From positions 128,001-192,000 of the forward strand of contig CAVQBA010000005.1 of NCBI GenBank assembly GCA_963710605.1: DNA of 64,000 bases, written 5' to 3'. This DNA comes from an uncultured cyanobacterium. GTDB taxonomy: Bacteria > Cyanobacteriota > Cyanobacteriia > Cyanobacteriales > Cyanobacteriaceae. Shown one piece after another: positions 44,319 through 55,395 of the stretch. The notes below the pieces were generated by a model. It made no database searches. It saw only the letters and a program-made list of their open reading frames with translations, and was not told the DNA's origin. The position numbers and the translations under genes are program-made. Within the stretch, counting starts at the first letter, position 1. Every line of letters starts with the position of its first letter.

Positions 44319-44738
44319 CCTTACAAAAGTATCTGCCATAGTTGTAAAATTACCAACTGTATCTATTGCTTGTATATCAAAATATACGTTTTGCCGAGGA
44401 ACGCTCATCTGTCTAAGAATGGTGGGGTTTGGCTCTATATTACTCGTACATCCAGAAATCCAAATATCTAAATTAGAGTGCGATCGCCAAAATTTTCCCG
44501 CAAATCTAACTCGCTCGGCATTACCGTCTAAAACGAAAATTGCTTTTGGGGTAGGTACTTGTATCAAAGTAATGGCAAGACGTAAAGGAATAATACTACA
44601 CAAAGCGATCAATATTATTAAGCTTAAAAATAACAATGATTTCCCAAATTTAGATTTACGCAACCAATATTTTCTAGATCGTCGATCGTCATTTTTGTTT
44701 GCTATTCGACGATATTTGTACTTGTTGTACTTAGACAT
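44292..44738 (-). pseudogene. YdcF/DUF218 family protein, C-terminally truncated
   Basis: AIFVLDG..R..FA, WISG, AIDTVGNFT; lacks the downstream TS.YH..RA motif. Confidence 0.75.
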
Positions 44739-44920
44739 GATGCTGATAGAAATTTATACTTTACAAGTTTTCAAATTGATTTTGGGATCATTACCTCAAA
44801 CAGTTATCTATTATATTAAGAGGAATTAAGATTAAATAAGTCATCTTATTTGAAATAAAAATTTAAAAGCTCAAATTCTAATAGTGTGGAGATCAAAATA
44901 CCGTTGAAAATATTTTAACC

Positions 44921-46075
44921 ATGAAAATCTTGCATATTTGTGCTTTGGGAGGAACAGCAAAGTCGCTTTTGCTACCTCAAATAGATTACTTTTTATCTCG
45001 TGATGTATTGGTAGAAATTGCTTGTTCCCCAGACACCGAAGTTACAGAATTACAAGAGCAAGGATACATCATCCATCCTATCCAAATCGATCGTCGTATC
45101 TCTGCTTTTTCTAATCTAAGAAGTATTTATCAGTTAAAAAGATTAATCCAACAAAATGATTACGATCTCGTTCACGTCCACACGCCCATAGCCGCAGTTT
45201 TAGGTCGGATTGCGGCTAAACTAGCTGGAGTTAAAAATATTGTTTATACCGCTCATGGTTTTCCTTTTTATGAGCTATCTTCTCCTCTTCAATACACTGT
45301 TTATTTCCAGATAGAAAAATTTGCGGCTTCATTCACAGATCTTATTCTTAGTCAAAATCATGAGGATGTTGCTACTGCTAAAAAGCTCGGTCTTTGTTTG
45401 CCAGAAAAAATACGCTATCTTGGTAATGGAATAGATATCGATCGTTTTAACCGTAATCGCCTTGAACGATCGCATCAAATTGAATTAAAACAATCTTTAG
45501 GAATTCCTGAGACAGCGAAAACGATTGTAGGCACAATCGGACGTTTGACTCGTAAAAAAGGTAGTGGGTACCTAATTGAAGCGATCGCTAAACTTAAACC
45601 CAAATTTCCTACCCTTCATGTTGTCATTATTGGTAGTCAACTTAGTACAGACCCCGAACCATTTTACTTGGAATTAGTCGAAAAAATTCGCATTTTAGGG
45701 ATTGAGGAATCTGTTACTTTTACTGGAGAACGCAATGACATACCAGAACTTTTAGGTTTGTTGGATATTTTTACGTTACCTACTTTCACCCACGAAGGTT
45801 TGCCTCGATCGATTTTAGAAGCGATGTCAATGAGTTTACCTGTTGTAACAACAGATATTAGAGGTTGTCGAGAAGCTGTAATCGATGGTGAAACAGGATC
45901 GATCGTACCACCACAAGATTCACAAAAGTTAACCGAAGCACTGAAGAATTTGTTATTAAATTTAGAACTAAGACAAACTTATGGAAAAGCAGGTCGCCAA
46001 AGAGTTGAGAATGAATATGACGAACGGTTTGTTTTCCAGCGTCTTAAAAAAATTTATCAAAAATTAGAATTCTGA
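44921..46075 (+). CDS. GT4 glycosyltransferase (CapM/PglA-like)
   Basis: HVHTP, YTAHGF, GRLTRKKG, EGLPRSILEAM. Confidence 0.92.
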   Translation: MKILHICALGGTAKSLLLPQIDYFLSRDVLVEIACSPDTEVTELQEQGYIIHPIQIDRRISAFSNLRSIYQLKRLIQQNDYDLVHVHTPIAAVLGRIAAKLAGVKNIVYTAHGFPFYELSSPLQYTVYFQIEKFAASFTDLILSQNHEDVATAKKLGLCLPEKIRYLGNGIDIDRFNRNRLERSHQIELKQSLGIPETAKTIVGTIGRLTRKKGSGYLIEAIAKLKPKFPTLHVVIIGSQLSTDPEPFYLELVEKIRILGIEESVTFTGERNDIPELLGLLDIFTLPTFTHEGLPRSILEAMSMSLPVVTTDIRGCREAVIDGETGSIVPPQDSQKLTEALKNLLLNLELRQTYGKAGRQRVENEYDERFVFQRLKKIYQKLEF

Positions 46076-46116
46076 ATTGTAACATCTTTCTAAAGATTAA
46101 AATTTATTTATTTCTT

Positions 46117-47103
46117 GTGTCATACAATGATGACAACGAGCAAGCTAAAAAATTTTATTACTTGTTCAAAGAAAAACTAATGATTTACAAATCTTTCAAA
46201 CTAAAAAAAGAATCATGGATGTCTAAGACAAGAAAAGAGTCGATCGTTTTTTTTACTCAATTTTCTCCTAATAAACCACCACGACAAAAACAAGTGAATC
46301 ATAAATTATTTAATGTCGTCCAAATTGAAACTCATAATACTTGTTCGCAAAAGTGTTGGTTTTGTAAATTTGGTCAAGAAAGACAAGATCCTGAAATCAT
46401 GTTCATGAGTGATGATATTATATCGACAATTGCCAATGGTTTACATGAATTAGAATATTCAGGTCGTATTTCTCTTTATGGTATCAACGAACCTTTATTA
46501 GAGCCTCGATTGTTGGATTTGATAGCATTATTTAAGTTGAAATGTCCTCGATCGTTTATTACCATCAACACTAATGGCGATAAATTAACAGAAGCTTTGT
46601 ATCAAAAACTTCTGACTGCTGGATTAGATTGCTTGATTATAAATATATATAACAATTTGGCCATGAAAAGATTAAAAAAATATGGAGCTTATAAAAAAGT
46701 AGCACTAAAAGATTTACGAACACCAAATAGTAAGATAAATAATCGAGGTGGCTCAATTCAAATTAATCACGATCGATTTTTTCCCCAAAAAAAAATTAAC
46801 TCAAACTGTTTGCGTCCATCTAATATGTTACAGATTCGTCCCAATGGAGAGGTTAATCTTTGCTCTAATGATATGTATGGAGATGTGATTATGGGCAACG
46901 TGACAATTCAAAGCTTAGAGCAAATATGGAATTCAGAAAAATTTCAATTATATCGCCATGAATTAGTCCAAAATGGTCGAGCTAATTTAGAATTATGTAA
47001 AAATTGTAGCCATAATGGAACAACCTCTAGAAGAAATTCCTATAACCTAATATATTGGCAGATGAAAAGAAAAATTACTAAAGTCTTTGGGCTATCTAAG
47101 TAA
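46117..47103 (+). CDS. radical SAM protein with SPASM/twitch domain (start uncertain)
   Basis: CSQKCWFC, NEPLL, NTNG, CLRP..NGEVNLCSND..GNV..IWNS..CKNC. Confidence 0.9.
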   Translation: MSYNDDNEQAKKFYYLFKEKLMIYKSFKLKKESWMSKTRKESIVFFTQFSPNKPPRQKQVNHKLFNVVQIETHNTCSQKCWFCKFGQERQDPEIMFMSDDIISTIANGLHELEYSGRISLYGINEPLLEPRLLDLIALFKLKCPRSFITINTNGDKLTEALYQKLLTAGLDCLIINIYNNLAMKRLKKYGAYKKVALKDLRTPNSKINNRGGSIQINHDRFFPQKKINSNCLRPSNMLQIRPNGEVNLCSNDMYGDVIMGNVTIQSLEQIWNSEKFQLYRHELVQNGRANLELCKNCSHNGTTSRRNSYNLIYWQMKRKITKVFGLSK

Positions 47104-47183
47104 GTTAATACTTTAGAGTTTAGAAATAAAAATATTGAAATAAATAGAAGTCAGGGAATAATTGACCGATTTATTATTATATT

Positions 47184-48311
47184 TTATACATCCATTAGTT
47201 TAGCTAATAACAGGGCTTGCTGTTTAGCTTCGTATTTATCAATTACATGTTGACGCCCAGCTTTGCCCATTTTTTCTTGAAGCTCAGGATTTTCTAAAAT
47301 TTGAATCATCCGTTGTGCCATTTCATCTACATCTTTTTCCTCTACCAGAAATCCAGTTACTCCATCAACAACAGTCTCAACAAAACCGTTATGTCTAGTT
47401 GTAACAACAGGAACCTCACAAGCCATCGCTTCTAAAAGCGAAACACCCAAACTTTCGGTATCTCCATTAGATGCAGTGACAGAATGTTGAACAAATAGAG
47501 CGGCTTGAGATACTCTATTTTTAACAAAATCATGATCTTTTGCTCCATGAAAAATAACTTTGTTCTCAATTCCAAGTTCAACAGCTTTGGCTTTAGCTCT
47601 TTCCAATAGTGGTCCATCGCCAATTATTTCTAGTCTAGAATGACTAATCTTCTCTTGTACTTTAGAAAAAGCTTCTACGGTTAAATGAGGAGCTTTTTTT
47701 TCAACCATTCGACCTACCGCAATAATTAGGTTCGGTTCTCTATCTCTATATTCATTAGGTGAAAAGTTATTTATTTCAAGACCATAGGGTGCGATATATA
47801 TTTTATTTTGAGAAATACCTACAGTAGCAACTTTATTGGCGAAAAATTTAGTTGCTACAAATATTTTTCTTGCATACTGTCCCATACGCCAATAGCTATA
47901 CTTATTTTTTAAACTTCGTCCCCCAGTACCCGCATCATGACCATGAAAAAAAGCATACAGAGGAATTTGGACTTCTTGACAAACTGATTGGATTTTACAG
48001 GCAGTTTGACCAAATTCAGCTAAAACACAAGTAATATTGTTAGTTTTAAAAAAATTGATTACTGTTTCTTTTTCTTTACCTACTAAAGCTCCACTGTATC
48101 CCATTGTAATATAGTTGATTGTTCCCCTAATTTTTCGCTCTATAAAATTTGTTTTTGAATTATCTATTTTTAAATTCGGACAATCTTGTACTGATAGACC
48201 ATTTCCTTCAAAATAAATTACAGCAGTATTATTAGGAGTAATCAATCTAATATGTTGTCTGATAAAAGTTTCGGCGATTGAGTCTGGATTAGGGGTAACA
48301 ATAGCTAACAT
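47184..48311 (-). CDS. GT4 glycosyltransferase (WcaL/AmsK-like)
   Basis: ETFI, FHGHD, GRMVEKK, GDTESLGVSLLEAM. Confidence 0.9.
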   Translation of the reverse strand: MLAIVTPNPDSIAETFIRQHIRLITPNNTAVIYFEGNGLSVQDCPNLKIDNSKTNFIERKIRGTINYITMGYSGALVGKEKETVINFFKTNNITCVLAEFGQTACKIQSVCQEVQIPLYAFFHGHDAGTGGRSLKNKYSYWRMGQYARKIFVATKFFANKVATVGISQNKIYIAPYGLEINNFSPNEYRDREPNLIIAVGRMVEKKAPHLTVEAFSKVQEKISHSRLEIIGDGPLLERAKAKAVELGIENKVIFHGAKDHDFVKNRVSQAALFVQHSVTASNGDTESLGVSLLEAMACEVPVVTTRHNGFVETVVDGVTGFLVEEKDVDEMAQRMIQILENPELQEKMGKAGRQHVIDKYEAKQQALLLAKLMDV

Positions 48312-48514
48312 AATAAAAACTATAACTTATTTAGTTACTTTTAAAAGATAAATTTAGTGATAATCATTCATTTTTTAATATTAATACACTTTGTCTGAAT
48401 AATAATTTGTATCAAGTGTATTCACTGTTTTCAAAACACAAAATCTTTTTCCATTACCACTCCAGATTGTGTAATTGCGACCAACTATTAAGATTTAAGT
48501 CCGATAAAATTTAC

Positions 48515-49375
48515 TTAGATATTTGTTTCAATTTGACATAAATTATTATAAATAATTTTGCATTCTGATAAAGTGTTTTTAGATATATCTAAATCAACCG
48601 ATCTGTTAATGCTGTTAATTCTAGCATCAGTTTTAAAATCTCTCCATATACCTGGCATTTTTGCTTTTTTCATAATCGTGTCTATTGCCAGATTAGGAGA
48701 CTTTACAAAACTGGGATAACTCAAAAAAATTATTCTACGATCGTTTTTTATTTCTGTCATCAAAGGAATTTTATTGCGTTCAATCCAATATCGAGCATAC
48801 AATTCAGCTAGAGAAGGTTTTACTGCTGAATTTTCATCCAAAGAAGTTTTAACTTTTTGACAAAGTTGTTCCAAACGCCAGAAACCACTTTCATCACTCT
48901 CATTTTTTTTACTAATTTCAAAAAAACGATTGTCCCACTTGCGGAGCATTGAATCAACAACATGAGGACAATCTCTAAATAACCACACACCCACACTATT
49001 AGGGAATAGATCGAGTAATTCTATCGCCCTATTCGATTCAAATAACGGTCTTATTACTGCGTAACGGGCATTTTTTTGAAGAACTTGTGTTTGAACTATC
49101 TCCAAATCATTAAGAACAGTTTTGTCTTTAGCTATCGTTAGTTCGCTAAATTCACCAAATACAGCCGAATCTAAATCTTGGCGGAAAATATTTTCTAAAA
49201 AAGTTGTTCCAGAACGTTGACATCCAAAGATCCATATTACAGCCGTTGGGTTACCTAAATCGAGAATCTGCGATCGCCATTTTTTGATTTGAGCTCGCCA
49301 TTTAATTTCCGAGTTTTTTTTACGACCTAAAATAGATTTTTTAATTCTTGTTACCGAATAATTTATTTTATTCAT
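48515..49375 (-). CDS. sulfotransferase
   Basis: IFGCQRSGTTFL, FRD..VVDS. Confidence 0.8.
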   Translation of the reverse strand: MNKINYSVTRIKKSILGRKKNSEIKWRAQIKKWRSQILDLGNPTAVIWIFGCQRSGTTFLENIFRQDLDSAVFGEFSELTIAKDKTVLNDLEIVQTQVLQKNARYAVIRPLFESNRAIELLDLFPNSVGVWLFRDCPHVVDSMLRKWDNRFFEISKKNESDESGFWRLEQLCQKVKTSLDENSAVKPSLAELYARYWIERNKIPLMTEIKNDRRIIFLSYPSFVKSPNLAIDTIMKKAKMPGIWRDFKTDARINSINRSVDLDISKNTLSECKIIYNNLCQIETNI

Positions 49376-49440
49376 TTTTTTTGTCGGGCGATAAAATACT
49401 AACTAAGTATATAAGAAGATATCTAATTTTATTTTAGAGT

Positions 49441-50565
49441 TTATTTAATAATGTTAGAACGTAATTTATTAATCAGTTCACGCAAAACTTTTCTCGAAAA
49501 ATTTTGCTTTTGGTATAAATAAAAATAACTTAATATGGAGTAAAAGAATGAAATATACAGCTTAGGTTCGAGCAAAGATTTTTGATTTGAAATCTGTCTA
49601 ATTACTCCTTCTAATTGTTTTGCTCTCAATGCCGGATCATAATTTTTTAAAATTTGCTTGCGAGCTACTGAACCTATACTATTACGAAGAGCTTTATTTT
49701 CAATTAATGATTGAAGAATAGATTGCCATTCCATTTGTTCTGCAAGAAAGCCATTAATTCCATGATTAATTATACGTTTATATGTATCTGTTGGGGAAGC
49801 AACGGTAGGAATACCACAAGCTCCAGCTTCCATGTACTTTAGTTCGCTTCTTCCGTGGGCAAATTCCGAATAAATATCAAGGGGAGCAAGGTTAATATCT
49901 ACTTGCTTATAAAGATTAATGTAATCATAGTAAGGCATAAATTCATGGTAAATAAAACGATCTCCAAAATTAAAAAATTTGTCTGAAAATTTTAGTTTAC
50001 CAGCCAAAATTATTTTAACACTTGAATTATTATCTAATAAGTTTAAGAGAGTATCTTGAATGACCAAAAAATCTTTGTCATGTGTTTTTGAGCCAGAAAG
50101 ATAGGCAATTGTTACAAATTTAGTTTGATAATTTTTTCTTTCCTCATATATAGAGTTAGCTATATTTAAATATTTATTGGTCAAAGCATTTCTGATGACA
50201 TAAGAGTTTTCGATAGTTGTTGGTAATCTCTTTTGCAAATATTCTGTTGACACAGTTACAGCATCACATAATTCGAGAAAATGCCCATTATCAGAGCTTT
50301 CATCAAAAGTTAAATCGTCTGTGTCATAGATAATAATATTACCTAAGCTTTTCGCATATTTTCCAAAAGCTTTTGTAAATCTGTCGTAAGCTGTCCTATG
50401 AAAAAATATGATTCCTGACTTAATTGGAGTAGCTTCTTTTATATTACAAACTTCTACATCCCAATCAATTGCTTTTAAATATTCAGCAGGTTGTAAGCAT
50501 CTGAGTTGTACCGTCCCAAAGTAGTTTATCGGTTTTGAACAAATGAACTGAATTTTTGCTTTCAT
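49441..50565 (-). CDS. GT-B (GT4-like) glycosyltransferase
   Basis: YDTDD, SGSKTH..D, DINLAPL..RSELKYMEAG. Confidence 0.85.
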   Translation of the reverse strand: MKAKIQFICSKPINYFGTVQLRCLQPAEYLKAIDWDVEVCNIKEATPIKSGIIFFHRTAYDRFTKAFGKYAKSLGNIIIYDTDDLTFDESSDNGHFLELCDAVTVSTEYLQKRLPTTIENSYVIRNALTNKYLNIANSIYEERKNYQTKFVTIAYLSGSKTHDKDFLVIQDTLLNLLDNNSSVKIILAGKLKFSDKFFNFGDRFIYHEFMPYYDYINLYKQVDINLAPLDIYSEFAHGRSELKYMEAGACGIPTVASPTDTYKRIINHGINGFLAEQMEWQSILQSLIENKALRNSIGSVARKQILKNYDPALRAKQLEGVIRQISNQKSLLEPKLYISFFYSILSYFYLYQKQNFSRKVLRELINKLRSNIIK

Positions 50566-50643
50566 TGTCTTTATTTTGACTATCGAGTGTACAGTGATGG
50601 GAAAACGAATCGTAAAGAATCAAAAACTAAATTACTCAGTTAG

Positions 50644-51762
50644 TTAAACTTTAGCAAAGAGAGCATCTTTAGTCGCCTTCAAATATCCACGGCCCCATTG
50701 CTGACAAGGTTCTAGGTGGTTACCCTCAGCCCATTCATTCCATGCATTGATAAATATAAACTTGTCTTGATCGGAATTATTTACCACTTTTGTAACAATA
50801 TTTTCTAGCCAATGATTATATAGTGAAGGAGTAGAACCATGCAATATATTCGCTTTTTTTCGACGACGAGCTGTGTTGTCCCATGATGGAGTAATACATG
50901 GAAATCTTTTATAAGGAGGAATTTCTTGATTAATCATCTGTTTCATCAAAAGTGAATAATCATAGATTCTGGGAAACTCAATACTTAAATGATTTAGATT
51001 GATTTTTCTTACTATTTTGTTATAATATTTTCCTAAGTTTTTGCTTATTTGTTTTTTTTCAGACATTCCATTTAACTTTGCCCAATCTGGCTGAAATTCT
51101 ACTGCCGCATCAAAGCCTAAGGCAACTGGATCGGTTTGCTCGCTGGGATAACTTTCCACTCTACATAGATAAAGTTCGCCAATTCCCAAACGATGAGCTT
51201 CTTCTCTCCAAATCTCAGTAGTTTTGACTGGATTAGGAATTTCTGAAGCTCGATAGACCAAGAAAAGTGGTTTTCCATCAATACGAATGTAACGCTCATC
51301 TTGAAAAGCTTTTGCAAGCCATCTAATATGCTCCTTATCATCTTCAGCACTATAATTTTGTCCGATTAAAATTTTTCTATCTTGACCATACCAAATACGA
51401 GTCCAGTTCTCGTTAGCCCAGCACAGACAAAATGGAAAAGACGGTTTACCACTATTAAGTACTTCATTAAAAGGACGTTCTAAGATTCTTTTACCATTAA
51501 ACCAATAATGATAGTAACAAAAGCCATAAATTCCATATTGTTGAGCTAAGTCTGCTTGAGCTTCTCTAGTTTCAGAAAGTCGTAAGTCATAAAAACCTAA
51601 ATCTGCTGGTAGGTGGGGTTGATAATGTCCCTGAAATAATGGTTTGGCTTTGGTGACATTTGTCCATTCTGTAAATCCTTCTCCCCACCACTGATTATTT
51701 TCAGCAATGGGATGGTATTGAGGAAGGTAGAAAGCAATAGGTTTTATCTTTGATAACTTCAT
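50644..51762 (-). CDS. WbsX / GH99-like protein
   Basis: AFYLPQYHP..WWGEGFTEWTNV, CWANENW, WDNTAR, NAWNEWAEG.HLEP. Confidence 0.9.
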   Translation of the reverse strand: MKLSKIKPIAFYLPQYHPIAENNQWWGEGFTEWTNVTKAKPLFQGHYQPHLPADLGFYDLRLSETREAQADLAQQYGIYGFCYYHYWFNGKRILERPFNEVLNSGKPSFPFCLCWANENWTRIWYGQDRKILIGQNYSAEDDKEHIRWLAKAFQDERYIRIDGKPLFLVYRASEIPNPVKTTEIWREEAHRLGIGELYLCRVESYPSEQTDPVALGFDAAVEFQPDWAKLNGMSEKKQISKNLGKYYNKIVRKINLNHLSIEFPRIYDYSLLMKQMINQEIPPYKRFPCITPSWDNTARRRKKANILHGSTPSLYNHWLENIVTKVVNNSDQDKFIFINAWNEWAEGNHLEPCQQWGRGYLKATKDALFAKV

Positions 51763-51831
51763 TGTTTTTTTGTTTTTATATCAAATATAATAGAGTGTAA
51801 AACTCATTGTTGCTCGACTCTTAAGCTATTC

Positions 51832-52794
51832 TTATTTAGGAAAAATGTTGTTGAATTCTACTCCTGCCAGTAGCTGGTACATAATTCCTCCTAGCCTTCC
51901 TAGCTTAAAAGCTAAATAACGTCTCTTACCAAGATTATTTAACTTAACATCAAAACTAGATGCAATCTCACCACAACGTTTACCTAAGTCTTTCCAACCA
52001 GTGGCATTACAACGAAAACCTAAGGCGTACATTCGAGAAGCAAATTCTTGCTTTAGTTCATAACTAATATCATCTCGATCGCGGATTGCATTAGCTAAGC
52101 GTTGCTCGCAGTAAATCCGCCATGTACGACCTTCATAACTACGAAGTTTGTCACTAATTCTAGTGCTACCTCCTCGACGAGCGCTGGCAAGTATATCACG
52201 AATGGCAACAGTTTTTTGAGCATTAACTACTGCCCGCTCTACATATTCGCGATCCTCAAAACAAGTCATTTCGGTTTTCCAAGGTTCGATACGCTTTACT
52301 AATTCTGTTCTAAAAGCAGAACGAAGGGTATTAGCCCACAGAAGACCTCTTATAGCTAACTCAAGTTGATCTTGATTATGTCTCCCATAAAGAGTTTGGA
52401 TAATTTCACCAGTTTGCGCATCAAAGCCTTCAAAACCAGTTTGGATAAAGTCACATTTTTCTTTCTCAAAAGTTTCAGCAAGTCGTTGTAGTCGCTCTGG
52501 ATAAAGACGATCGTCTGAATCGAGAAACTGAACATACTCGCCACGAATTTCCTCAATCCCTTTATTACGGGCAGCACTGACTCCTGCATTTTCTTGGTAA
52601 AAGTAACGTAGAACTAAATTTTTCCCTTCATCGTTCTCTTTTTGCCATTTTTCTACAACTTGCTTGGTATTATCTGTTGAACCATCATCTACTAAAATGA
52701 TTTCGATCGATCGATATGTTTGAGCTTTTACACTTGTTAAAGTTTCTATGATAAAGTTTGCTCGATTGTAGGTAGGTATAATGATAGAAAACAT
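51832..52794 (-). CDS. GT2 glycosyltransferase (type B, intact copy)
   Basis: SIIIPTYNR, DDGSTD, FLDSDD, FEDREY. Confidence 0.92.
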   Translation of the reverse strand: MFSIIIPTYNRANFIIETLTSVKAQTYRSIEIILVDDGSTDNTKQVVEKWQKENDEGKNLVLRYFYQENAGVSAARNKGIEEIRGEYVQFLDSDDRLYPERLQRLAETFEKEKCDFIQTGFEGFDAQTGEIIQTLYGRHNQDQLELAIRGLLWANTLRSAFRTELVKRIEPWKTEMTCFEDREYVERAVVNAQKTVAIRDILASARRGGSTRISDKLRSYEGRTWRIYCEQRLANAIRDRDDISYELKQEFASRMYALGFRCNATGWKDLGKRCGEIASSFDVKLNNLGKRRYLAFKLGRLGGIMYQLLAGVEFNNIFPK

Positions 52795-52831
52795 AATTTA
52801 CAACATAATTAGTGAAAAGTCTTAAAAATTT

Positions 52832-53815
52832 TTAAGCAGTTTTTTCAAAACGGTTGAATAATCTACGAAATTTCTTGTATAGTATTCTAATAGTGCTGCC
52901 TAACCAACCCCACTGAGATAGTAACAATTCAATTCTTAAAGAAAGAGTCGGATTAATTTCTTTAGACGCAACTGTTGCAATAGATTTATATCTATTCGCT
53001 AAATTAATTTGATTTTTTAGGCGTAATCTAAAATATAACCTAACCATTTGATGGACTAGTAATCTTTTCAAACTCATCGAAATATCTTCTTTATCTAAAA
53101 TCTGCTTTACAAAATTTTCTTTACAATAAATAGCCCATTCTTGATCGTAATCAAAGCTTCTATGATCGCGGCTGCCTCTTCTTAAACTAGCCACAACATT
53201 CTTTATTCCAATCGGATTTTTAGCTTTACATAATGCTCTTTCAATAAAATCCGTGTCTTCAGACATTGTCATAATTTCATTCCATTTCCCCACTTTCTCA
53301 ACGAGCGAACGATCGTAAAAAACTCTTAATGTGATCGCCCAAATTTCTCCTTTAATCAGATGTTCAATTTGTTTTCTATCCGAGTAACCATAAACAGTTG
53401 AAGTTATGGAGTTATCTTCATGATTAAAAATATCGTATCCAGTCAAAATTAAGTCTGCTTCATCATTTTCAAACACTTTATTGACAGTTTCTAAAGCGTG
53501 GGGATAAATACGATCGTCTGAATCTAAAAAATAAATAAAATCACCTGTTGAAGAATCATATCCTCGATTTCTGGCTGAAGCTACTCCCGAATTATCCTGA
53601 TAAATGTAATTGATGATTAATCGATCGGGTTCGGCATTTTTTACTTTCCATTCTTGGATAACTTCTGAAGAGTCATCTGTAGAACCATCGTTAACGATTA
53701 CTACTTCAATGGGACGATATAATTGTTGTTTAACTGAATCGAGAGTTTCTTGAATTAGGTTGGCTCTGTTGTAAACTGGAATAATAATTGAGTATAGTTT
53801 ATTTGTGGGAGACAT
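52832..53815 (-). CDS. GT2 glycosyltransferase (type A, copy 3)
   Basis: IIPVYNR, FLDSDDRIYPHAL. Confidence 0.92.
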   Translation of the reverse strand: MSPTNKLYSIIIPVYNRANLIQETLDSVKQQLYRPIEVVIVNDGSTDDSSEVIQEWKVKNAEPDRLIINYIYQDNSGVASARNRGYDSSTGDFIYFLDSDDRIYPHALETVNKVFENDEADLILTGYDIFNHEDNSITSTVYGYSDRKQIEHLIKGEIWAITLRVFYDRSLVEKVGKWNEIMTMSEDTDFIERALCKAKNPIGIKNVVASLRRGSRDHRSFDYDQEWAIYCKENFVKQILDKEDISMSLKRLLVHQMVRLYFRLRLKNQINLANRYKSIATVASKEINPTLSLRIELLLSQWGWLGSTIRILYKKFRRLFNRFEKTA

Positions 53816-53859
53816 CTTGATATTATTGTATTGATAATTAGTGCTTGAAAAACGTTAAG

Positions 53860-54078
53860 TTAATTTCTTTTTTTCTTGTCTCCAAGAAAAATAAGTGTTG
53901 TGTTATCTGCAATGTTGTTCTCTTTTTGGCATTTTTCTAAAACTTGCTTCGTATTATCTGTTGAACCGTCATCTACTAAAATGATTTCGATTGAGCGATA
54001 GGTTTGAGCTTTAACACCAGTCAAAGTCTCCGTAATAAAGTTTGTCCTATTATAAGTGGGTATAATGAGAGAAAACAT
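53860..54078 (-). pseudogene. truncated copy of type B GT2
   Basis: First ~55 aa nearly identical to 51832-52794, then stop. Confidence 0.88.
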
Positions 54079-54116
54079 AGTGAGTAATAATATTAGTAAA
54101 AAGTCTTGAAAAATTA

Positions 54117-55100
54117 CTAAGTCAGTCTTTGAAAACTATTGGATAATTTACGAAATTTATGCAAAATGGAGAATATAATACTACCGAACCATCCCCACTG
54201 ACAAAGTAATAGCCTTATTCTTAAAAAAAGAGTAGGAGTTACTTTTTTAAACCCAGATGTTGCGATAGACTCGCATTTATCAGCTAATGCAATTTGATTT
54301 TCCAGTCGTAGATTACAACATACTTTAGTCATTTTACAGAATAAGAATCGTTTAAAATTCATCGAAACATCATCTTTATCTAAAATATGTTTGAGAAAAT
54401 TTCCCTGACAATAAATAGCATCTTCTAAATTATCAACCAAACTTCTATGATTTGAATTTCCCCTCCTTAAACTAGCAATCACATCCTTTATCCCTATTGG
54501 ATTTTTAGCCAAACATAATGCTCTTTGAATAAATTCAGTATCTTCATGCATTTTCATTGTTTGATTCCATTTTCCCGCTCTATTTAGGAGCGAACGATGA
54601 TAAAAAACTCTTAATGTTATTACTTTAATTTCTTTTTTGATAACATGTTCTATTTGTTTTCTATCCGGATAACCGTAAACAGTAGAAGTTATGGAGTTAT
54701 CTTCATGATTAAAAATATCATATCCAGTTAAAATTAAGTCAGCTTCATCATTCTCAAACACTTTATTTACAGTTTCTAGAGCGTGAGGATAAATACGATC
54801 GTCTGAATCCAAAAAATAAATAAAATCACCACTCGAACAGTCATATCCATTGTTTCTGGCTGAAGCTACCCCCGAATTATCCTGATAAATGTAATTAATA
54901 ATTAATTTTTCGGGTTCGGCATTTCTTGTTTTCCATTCTTGAATAACTTGTAAAGAATTATCTCTAGAGCCATCATCAACAATTACCACTTCAATAGGAC
55001 GATATAATTGTTGTTTAATTGAATCAAGAGTAGATGCAATTGTACCAGCTCGATTGTAAACTGGAATGATAATTGAGTATACTTTGTTTGTTAAAGACAT
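54117..55100 (-). CDS. GT2 glycosyltransferase (type A, copy 2)
   Basis: Close paralogue of 52832-53815. Confidence 0.92.
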   Translation of the reverse strand: MSLTNKVYSIIIPVYNRAGTIASTLDSIKQQLYRPIEVVIVDDGSRDNSLQVIQEWKTRNAEPEKLIINYIYQDNSGVASARNNGYDCSSGDFIYFLDSDDRIYPHALETVNKVFENDEADLILTGYDIFNHEDNSITSTVYGYPDRKQIEHVIKKEIKVITLRVFYHRSLLNRAGKWNQTMKMHEDTEFIQRALCLAKNPIGIKDVIASLRRGNSNHRSLVDNLEDAIYCQGNFLKHILDKDDVSMNFKRFLFCKMTKVCCNLRLENQIALADKCESIATSGFKKVTPTLFLRIRLLLCQWGWFGSIIFSILHKFRKLSNSFQRLT

Positions 55101-55139
55101 TTTGACATTGTTAATAATTAATATTAAAAAATGTTGAGT

Positions 55140-55359
55140 TTTTTTTTTCTACTTTCAAAAGAAATAAGTATTAGATAATTTAAAACATTGTACCTTTTCT
55201 TTTTAATATTTTTCTGTAAATTATTTAGTCTTATTTTTTAAACCATTATCTACCAAGATGATTTTGTTTGATAAATCTGTAGGTTTGAACTTTCACACTC
55301 AGTAAGATTTCTGTAATAAAATTTGCCTGATTATAGATAGGTATGCTGATAGAAGACAT
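55140..55359 (-). pseudogene. eroded remnant of type B GT2 (not in ORF track)
   Basis: MSSISIPIYNQANFITEILLSVKVQTYR/(frameshift)IILVDNG followed by stops. Confidence 0.8.
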
Positions 55360-55395
55360 AATTTACAACATATTGATAAAAAATATTAAAACAAC

